Below, in pieces: positions 57,984 to 64,000 of a stretch of 64,000 bases of DNA; position 1 is the stretch's first letter, and the number at the start of each line of letters is the position of its first letter. This stretch comes from Patescibacteria group bacterium (GTDB taxonomy: Bacteria; Patescibacteriota; WWE3; UBA101185; UBA10185), in contig JBMORU010000001.1 in NCBI GenBank assembly GCA_049322215.1, forward strand, positions 260,023 through 324,022. Direction: 5' to 3'. Position numbers and translations under genes: made by a program. The notes below the pieces were generated by a model. It saw only the letters and a program-made list of their open reading frames with translations. It was not told the origin of the DNA and made no database searches.

Positions 57984-58694
57984 ATGTTATACATAATTCA
58001 TGGTGATGATGAAGTTTCTTCCAGAAAGCAACTTTTAGTATTAAAGTCTAAGTATGTTAATTTCCCTTCAAGGGAACTTGCCTTTACTGATACAACTCCG
58101 CAAGGACTTCTTAACGCATGCGTCTCATTTGATGTATTCGATGGGGCTCCTTTAATTTTATTTGATATTAGTAAAGCGGGACGTGCTAGTTTAGATGACT
58201 ATTTAAATGTCTGCAGTTCTTTGCCCGAGGAAAGTGTATTAATTGTATTTTCTAATAAACTTTTAACAAAAACTAACCCCTTCATTAAAAATGCTTTAAA
58301 ACTAAAAGCACAAGTTTTTACATCACAAGCCTATAAAAACACCAACATTTTCAGCTTTGTTGATGCAGTATTTTATGGGAATAGGAAGCAGGCCTACTTA
58401 GAATTAAAGAAACTGTTAATTGAAAAAGAAGATCCTTTTTATATTTTTACCATGCTTTTGTACGGTTTACGTAATTTAGCATTGGGAAGCTACAATGCTC
58501 CTGGATATTCAAAAATGTCTCCGTTTGTTAAAAGTAAAGTTAATAAACAGTTGGCAGGTTTTTCCTCTGCAGATATAAAGGACTTGTACAGTTATTTTTA
58601 CGAGTTAGATAAAAGGGCTAAAACAGGACAGGTTTCTTCCGATTTATTAATTCCTTTAAGTATCGAAAAAGTGTTAGGATATAAAAATAAGTAG
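57984..58694 (+). CDS. holA: DNA polymerase III delta subunit-like protein
   Basis: YIIHGDD, NIFSFVDA, LDKRAKTG. Confidence 0.75.
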   Translation: MLYIIHGDDEVSSRKQLLVLKSKYVNFPSRELAFTDTTPQGLLNACVSFDVFDGAPLILFDISKAGRASLDDYLNVCSSLPEESVLIVFSNKLLTKTNPFIKNALKLKAQVFTSQAYKNTNIFSFVDAVFYGNRKQAYLELKKLLIEKEDPFYIFTMLLYGLRNLALGSYNAPGYSKMSPFVKSKVNKQLAGFSSADIKDLYSYFYELDKRAKTGQVSSDLLIPLSIEKVLGYKNK

Positions 58695-58817
58695 CAATTT
58701 TGGAACTCTGCTCTGTCTTACTTTAAACCTTATAAATATACTAAAGATGAATCATATGATCCTTTTTATGCTCCAGTAAGCAAAACCTTTGTTTTCAGAT
58801 CTAAAGGATACCCAATT

Positions 58818-59447
58818 GTGTTAGTTATGGCAGGACTATTTATTTTTGTTACTCAAATTGTATGGCCTTTAGTTGCTTTCAAAACTCAAGATGAAATTTC
58901 TAAACCTGTTTCTTCTAGTGTGTTGGGTATAGCAAGTGGTTTTAGTGAGTTTAGTTTTAGTGAGTTAGAACGTGAATATTCTCCTGTAGTTTCAGATGTT
59001 GCTGAAATCGCAAATGTCCCAGAGTTTTTTTATTTGACTGTGCCCAAACTTGGTATTAAAGATGCCTTAGTTCAAACAAATTCTCCCGATTTGAGTCCTG
59101 ATGATTGGCTAGGTCACTATATAGGCTCAGCATTACCTGGGGAGGTAGGTAATACCTTTATTTATGGCCATTCTGTTTTACCATTTTTTTACAATCCCCG
59201 TAATTACAAGACAATTTTTTCCACACTACATACCCTAAATATAGGAGATACTTTTACAATTAACTATAATAACAAGGAGCTTAATTATGTTGTAGAGGAA
59301 AAAAAGGATTTGTTGCCTAAGGATGTATATCCTCTTGCTGAATGGAAGCCCCGCTACCTAAATGAATCCACAGTTGTGCTAATGACTTGCAGTCCTCCGG
59401 GCACCAAACTAAGACGCTTATTGGTTCAAGCTACGTTAACAAATTAA
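58818..59447 (+). CDS. Sortase
   Basis: TM; VPKLGI, GHS, LMTC..PG...RR (His-Cys-Arg); true start may be upstream. Confidence 0.9.
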   Translation: MLVMAGLFIFVTQIVWPLVAFKTQDEISKPVSSSVLGIASGFSEFSFSELEREYSPVVSDVAEIANVPEFFYLTVPKLGIKDALVQTNSPDLSPDDWLGHYIGSALPGEVGNTFIYGHSVLPFFYNPRNYKTIFSTLHTLNIGDTFTINYNNKELNYVVEEKKDLLPKDVYPLAEWKPRYLNESTVVLMTCSPPGTKLRRLLVQATLTN

Positions 59448-59458
59448 ATTAGGGGTTT

Positions 59459-59902
59459 TTATAACTCTTTAAGTATGTCTCTTTCGAATCCTACAAGAGC
59501 TCTTTTTCTTGGATTATTGACTGCTAAATAACCAGCTCCTCCAATGGCTACAATTGCAGAAATCAAGGCGATTGTCATTTCTGTACTACCAGTATCTGGA
59601 ACTGGTGTTGTGCTCTCAGATGCTTCTGTGCTAACGTCTGAGCCTGCCAATACTTTTGGAGTTGGAGTTTCAGGTTTGGTTTCAGCAGATGCTAAAAACT
59701 TTGGTTCTGATTGTTCTTCAGTTAATTTACCAAAAACACTTGTTCTATCTTTTGTAGTTTCAGCTCCTAAAGTATCACTTTCAATATTAACTGTAGAACC
59801 GTCACTTACCACGTAATATATTGCGGTGAAAACAACAAGAGACACGGAAAGAGTAATAATAAAAGTTTTAAATCCATTTTTTGCTTGTTCTGTAGTATTC
59901 AT
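59459..59902 (-). CDS. Putative sortase substrate (VPDTG sorting signal)
   Basis: N-terminal TM, S/T/E/P-rich body, VPDTG + TM + RKR. Confidence 0.65.
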   Translation of the reverse strand: MNTTEQAKNGFKTFIITLSVSLVVFTAIYYVVSDGSTVNIESDTLGAETTKDRTSVFGKLTEEQSEPKFLASAETKPETPTPKVLAGSDVSTEASESTTPVPDTGSTEMTIALISAIVAIGGAGYLAVNNPRKRALVGFERDILKEL

Positions 59903-59923
59903 AGGCAGGTAGCTTTTCGAAAC

Positions 59924-60109
59924 TTATTGCTTCGAAGAAGCGTTTAATTCCTTAAGTAAATCTTTATCTATTCTACCATCAAGAGGGGTAGCAATTTCAA
60001 GTAGTTTATCTGGAACATAATTTGTGTAAGTTGTTTCCCACACCTCAAAGCCTATCCATGCAACAATTGCGATTGAGGTTGTTATTAATATAGTTGTTAA
60101 TTCTTTCAT
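59924..60109 (-). CDS. Small TM protein downstream of pilO
   Basis: 61 aa; ATGA overlap with the pilO-like gene. Confidence 0.55.
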   Translation of the reverse strand: MKELTTILITTSIAIVAWIGFEVWETTYTNYVPDKLLEIATPLDGRIDKDLLKELNASSKQ

Positions 60110-60702
60110 AATCTCGGGGTTCTATTGTCACTTAAATTTTTTACGTAGTATATTTCTATTTTCATTTTTACATTACTGCGCACATTATCATTATTAACTT
60201 TAACTTCTTTTACGGTTATTAGTCTATCCATATCTTCCATTTCTTTAATTAATTTGTCTAATTTAAAAACTTCTCCTGAAAATTCTATATTTACTTCTAC
60301 CTCTTCAGGTGTTTGTCCCAAGGGTTGAAAATTTCTTACTATGAAGCCGTTTCTTGCTGCTATTCTTACCAGGTCTTTTAAATATTCATCAGTTTTAGGT
60401 TCTGAAGGTATTACCTTATCTAGTATCGGTAAATAAGTTTCTGCTTCTTTTAGGTCTTTTTCTGCTAAAGATAAATCGGTAATTTTGTTGTCCAAGGCAA
60501 GTTTTATGTCTTGTAGTTCTTCTTTAAATTTATTTTTTTGTGCTAAAGCTAAAATAGAGGGTCTAAAACCCGATATTCCAAAAATTATGAAAATAGTAAA
60601 AGTTAAAACAGAGAAAAAACCTACGTGTTTTTTTGGTTGAAGTTCTATTTCACGTGTATATGTTAGTTCTAAGTCACTAATGAATTTATCAATATAACTC
60701 AT
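60106..60702 (-). CDS. Type IV pilus PilO-like protein
   Basis: TM, coiled coil, IPSEP, MEDMDRLITV. Confidence 0.75.
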   Translation of the reverse strand: MSYIDKFISDLELTYTREIELQPKKHVGFFSVLTFTIFIIFGISGFRPSILALAQKNKFKEELQDIKLALDNKITDLSLAEKDLKEAETYLPILDKVIPSEPKTDEYLKDLVRIAARNGFIVRNFQPLGQTPEEVEVNIEFSGEVFKLDKLIKEMEDMDRLITVKEVKVNNDNVRSNVKMKIEIYYVKNLSDNRTPRL

Positions 60703-61256
60703 TTAAAAACTAACTCAATGTCGACAATAAACGTGTTTGAGGACGTATTGAGCCTTGCTGAATTTAATATTATTTGTTCCACTAGTCCACTTTCGAAGTA
60801 CTTATTTATAAGTAAAGAAAAGCTAAGGGCTGATTCAGCCTCAAGTTTCATTATAGTTTGTTCTTCAGTAATAGCTAACTCCTCCACCTTTAATTCGCCA
60901 GGTAAAGTGTTAAGTAAAAAGTCAATTCTATTCCCTAACAATTTTCTTGAATTTTTTTGTGTAGTGTACTTATTTAATTTTTGAACTATGTGATTTGTTT
61001 TTTGTTCTACTAGTATTTTTCCGGTTACTACATCTTGCCTATCGCTTACTTCTAGTTGAAGTTTTGCAACAGAATTATCTGCGGTGGCATTTAACGCTAA
61101 AGCCAGCACAAAAGCAATTTCAACAACTATTATCATTAATTTTGATGCGGAAATAATTTGACGATGCGATTTAGTTACAAAATCAGATTCAAAACTATTT
61201 TGATTTAGCAGATTTGGACTTTGTCTTTGGTTTTGGGCTTGATTTTGTGTTGTCAT
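60699..61256 (-). CDS. Type IV pilus PilN-like protein
   Basis: PNLL motif, TM, coiled coil, LPGEL; directly upstream of pilO-like gene. Confidence 0.65.
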   Translation of the reverse strand: MTTQNQAQNQRQSPNLLNQNSFESDFVTKSHRQIISASKLMIIVVEIAFVLALALNATADNSVAKLQLEVSDRQDVVTGKILVEQKTNHIVQKLNKYTTQKNSRKLLGNRIDFLLNTLPGELKVEELAITEEQTIMKLEAESALSFSLLINKYFESGLVEQIILNSARLNTSSNTFIVDIELVFK

Positions 61257-61518
61257 TGGCAGTTACTTTTTTCGCATATCTTGACTTTAGACGCTTAGCT
61301 TTGTTTTCGTGTATAACATTATGCTTAGCGGCTTTATCTAACACTTTTTGAAGAGTAGTTTCTTCTTTTTTTAGTATATCAATATTTTCTGGGTTGGTCT
61401 TTAAAGACTGTTCAAGTTTTTTCATTGCTGCTTTAATTCTTCTCTTCCAGAAAAGATTATGTTCACGCTTTTTATTTGATTGTCTTAGTGCCTTTTTTGC
61501 ACTTTTTAAGTTTGGCAT
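61195..61518 (-). CDS. rpsT: 30S ribosomal protein S20
   Basis: MPNLKSAKKALRQ, LDKAAKHNVIHENKAKRLKSR. Confidence 0.95.
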   Translation of the reverse strand: MPNLKSAKKALRQSNKKREHNLFWKRRIKAAMKKLEQSLKTNPENIDILKKEETTLQKVLDKAAKHNVIHENKAKRLKSRYAKKVTANDNTKSSPKPKTKSKSAKSK

Positions 61519-61631
61519 AGTGTATTATTAATTTTGCGTTGTTATGATAACATATCAGAACTTTTGTGCAACTACATTGATAAGATACTTTAAAGAAACG
61601 TTTTTTGCTGTTAATTTAAGATTGACTGATT

Positions 61632-63278
61632 ATGGTAAAAACTGCCTTCAAAAATGGGAGCAAGCTCCTGATGAAAAAACAAAACACAATTATATCTGCA
61701 GCAGCCGTACTGGCTTTTATGTATGGCGCCTCTGCTATTTTAGGTTTGGTACGAACCAGATTGTTAGCGCACTACTTTGGCGCTTCAGAAATTTTAGGTG
61801 TTTTTTATACTGCCGATAGAATTCCAAGCCTTATTTATTCATTACTAGTTGTGGGCACGCTTTCTACCGTTTTTATACCTGTATTTACTAATACCTTTAA
61901 AAAGAATGAGGAAAACGCATGGCATACAGCATCCTCTATGATAACTGTGAGTATTTTGCTCTTTTTGTCTTTGGGAACTTTGGTCTTTATTTTAGCTCCT
62001 TCAGTTATTACAGCTCTTTCTTTGGGTAAGTTTACGGCAGAACAAATTAAACTGGGAACCTCGTTAATGCGTATTATGCTTTCAGCCCAGCTACTCTTAA
62101 TTATAAGTAGCTTTGTAACCGTTATATTACAGTCGTTTAAATATTTTATAATTACAGCTTTAGCTCCTGTTTTATATAACATAGGTATGATTTTAGGAAT
62201 TGTAATTTTAATTCCAAGGTATGGTATTTATGGCCCTGCGTTTGGTGTAATAATAGGTTCTGTATTGCACTTGCTGGTGCAAATTCCCTTAATTAGAAAA
62301 ATAAACTTTTCGTATAAATTTACACTAGATTTTAAGGATAAAGGCTTGCGTGAAATTTTTAGGTTGATGCCTCCTAGAATTTTAGGTGCTGGCATGGCTC
62401 AAGTTTCTGCCATTGTAAACAATTCATTAGCAATTTTAGTATCTACATCTTCCGTGGTTATATTTAAATTTGCTGATCAGCTTCAAAGTTTTCCTGTTAA
62501 TCTTTTTGGAGCTTCTATTGCGCTAGCTGCTTTGCCAACTTTATCTTATGAATCAGGTGAAAAGGACAAAGAAAAGTTTAAAGAAATTTTCCTTACTTCT
62601 TTTCATCAAATGTTGTTTTTAGTTATTCCTGCAAGTGTAATTTTATTAGTTTTAAGAATTCCTGTAGTACGCTTAGTGTATGGGGTTAGCAACTTTCCTT
62701 GGGAAGCAACTGTGCAAACATCTTATACCTTAGCTTTTTTTAGTTTATCTATATTTGCTCAGAGTTCAGTTTATTTGCTCACTCGCGCCTTTTACGCGCT
62801 CAAAGATACTGCTACCCCACTTAAAGTTAATTTTATTACAGTTATATTAAGTAGTTTTTTATCTTACGTTTTTGTTCATTACTTAGGCTTCGGTGTATGG
62901 TCTGTTGCATTTTCTTACTCTATAGCTTTACTACTTGATATGATATTTTTATTGCTTCTGCTCTCTAAAAAAGTTGGGGGCTTTAAACTTGATTCATTAG
63001 TAGTGCCTTTTACTAAAATTAGTTATGCCGCTTTTTTTATGGGAATTTCGTTATATGTTCCTATGAAATTACTCGACGAGTTTATTTTTGATACCACAAA
63101 AACTGTTAATCTAGCATTACTTACTATATTAGCAACTTTAGCAGGTGTTATATCTTATTTGTTTTTTACTAAGTTATTTAAAGTTAGGGAAATTGAATTG
63201 CTATATAAGTTGTTGCGTAAGTGTAATTTAGCTGTTCCTGCTAACATGCCTTTGCAACAGGAACTGTTAGAAGAATAG
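61632..63278 (+). CDS. murJ: Lipid II flippase MurJ
   Basis: LGLVRTRLLAHYFGA, RIP, FIPVF, RAFYALKDTATP. Confidence 0.93.
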   Translation: MVKTAFKNGSKLLMKKQNTIISAAAVLAFMYGASAILGLVRTRLLAHYFGASEILGVFYTADRIPSLIYSLLVVGTLSTVFIPVFTNTFKKNEENAWHTASSMITVSILLFLSLGTLVFILAPSVITALSLGKFTAEQIKLGTSLMRIMLSAQLLLIISSFVTVILQSFKYFIITALAPVLYNIGMILGIVILIPRYGIYGPAFGVIIGSVLHLLVQIPLIRKINFSYKFTLDFKDKGLREIFRLMPPRILGAGMAQVSAIVNNSLAILVSTSSVVIFKFADQLQSFPVNLFGASIALAALPTLSYESGEKDKEKFKEIFLTSFHQMLFLVIPASVILLVLRIPVVRLVYGVSNFPWEATVQTSYTLAFFSLSIFAQSSVYLLTRAFYALKDTATPLKVNFITVILSSFLSYVFVHYLGFGVWSVAFSYSIALLLDMIFLLLLLSKKVGGFKLDSLVVPFTKISYAAFFMGISLYVPMKLLDEFIFDTTKTVNLALLTILATLAGVISYLFFTKLFKVREIELLYKLLRKCNLAVPANMPLQQELLEE

Positions 63279-63315
63279 GCTTTCGCCGTGCTAAAATCCT
63301 CTTGCACCAAAGCAT

Positions 63316-64000
63316 ATGAAACACCAAAACATTAGAAACTTTTGTATTATTGCGCACATTGATCACGGTAAGTCCACATTAGCGGACAGGTTTTTGGAAC
63401 TTACAAACACATTGGAAAAAAGAGCAATGCAGCAGCAACAGCTTGATTCTATGGATTTAGAACGTGAAAAAGGAATTACAATAAAGCTGAAAGCTGTGCG
63501 TATGAAATACGCTTTCGATAATGTTGACTACCAGTTAAATCTTATTGATACACCCGGACATGTAGATTTTTCTTACGAGGTATCTCGCTCTCTTGCTGCT
63601 TGTGAGGGCGCAATTTTAGTTGTAGATGCAAGCCAGGGAATTGAGGCGCAAACTGTTTCAAACGTATATAAGGCTTTAGAGGCTGATTTAAAAATTGTTC
63701 CTGTTTTAAACAAAATTGATTTGCCTGGAAGTGACGTTGCTGCTGTAACCAAGGACTTAATTAATACTTTTGGATTTAAAGAAGAGGAAATTTTACAAGT
63801 ATCAGCTAAAACAGGTGAGAATGTTGAGAATTTACTTCAAGAAGTAATAAAAAGAGTTGAACCCCCAAAAGGGGATGTCAATGCTTCTTTGCGCGCTTTA
63901 GTTTTTGACTCGTACTATGATGAATATCTTGGTGTTATAGCTATAGTAAAAATTGTAGATGGGAGTTTCTCGTCAGAGCAAATTCAGAAAAAAACTAAAA
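63316..64000 (+). CDS. lepA: Elongation factor 4; runs off the window edge
   Basis: Not in ORF track; [47 protein letters not shown]. Confidence 0.97.
   Translation, partial: MKHQNIRNFCIIAHIDHGKSTLADRFLELTNTLEKRAMQQQQLDSMDLEREKGITIKLKAVRMKYAFDNVDYQLNLIDTPGHVDFSYEVSRSLAACEGAILVVDASQGIEAQTVSNVYKALEADLKIVPVLNKIDLPGSDVAAVTKDLINTFGFKEEEILQVSAKTGENVENLLQEVIKRVEPPKGDVNASLRALVFDSYYDEYLGVIAIVKIVDGSFSSEQIQKKTK

Overview
Window from a low-GC, reduced-genome bacterium using the standard code. The gene content (DUF4012, paired FemAB, sortase, PilN/PilO, rmuC next to a UvrD-nuclease, short pgk) points to Patescibacteria/CPR, probably WWE3/Microgenomates-like; this assignment is an inference. About 10.6-64 kb is a housekeeping backbone: rplY, rnhA, rfbB, groES-groEL with CIRCE, tRNA-Cys, envelope glycosylation genes, tatD, rmuC, two UvrD helicases, femX x2, cyclophilin, rsmA, dac, trxA, gap-pgk-tpiA, LCP, holA, sortase, pilNO, rpsT, murJ and partial lepA. 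Many backbone genes look leaderless (-10 box 6 nt before ATG). Three things stand out. (1) Bases 1-10.5 kb form a visibly GC-richer, all-minus-strand locus of membrane proteins and lipoproteins. It carries a lytic transglycosylase, an M23 peptidase, a ~25-aa motif shared by three otherwise unrelated proteins, two paralogs with a 387-bp near-identical tract but unrelated C-termini, and three tandem double-hairpin intergenic elements. (2) Nine small ORFan genes are scattered between backbone genes, typically with their own promoter, AAGGAG leader and long terminator hairpin; two pairs of unrelated ORFs sit behind clearly homologous leaders. (3) An unidentified structured RNA lies at ~45.0-45.1 kb. 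All product calls come from motif recognition by eye; no database searches were run.
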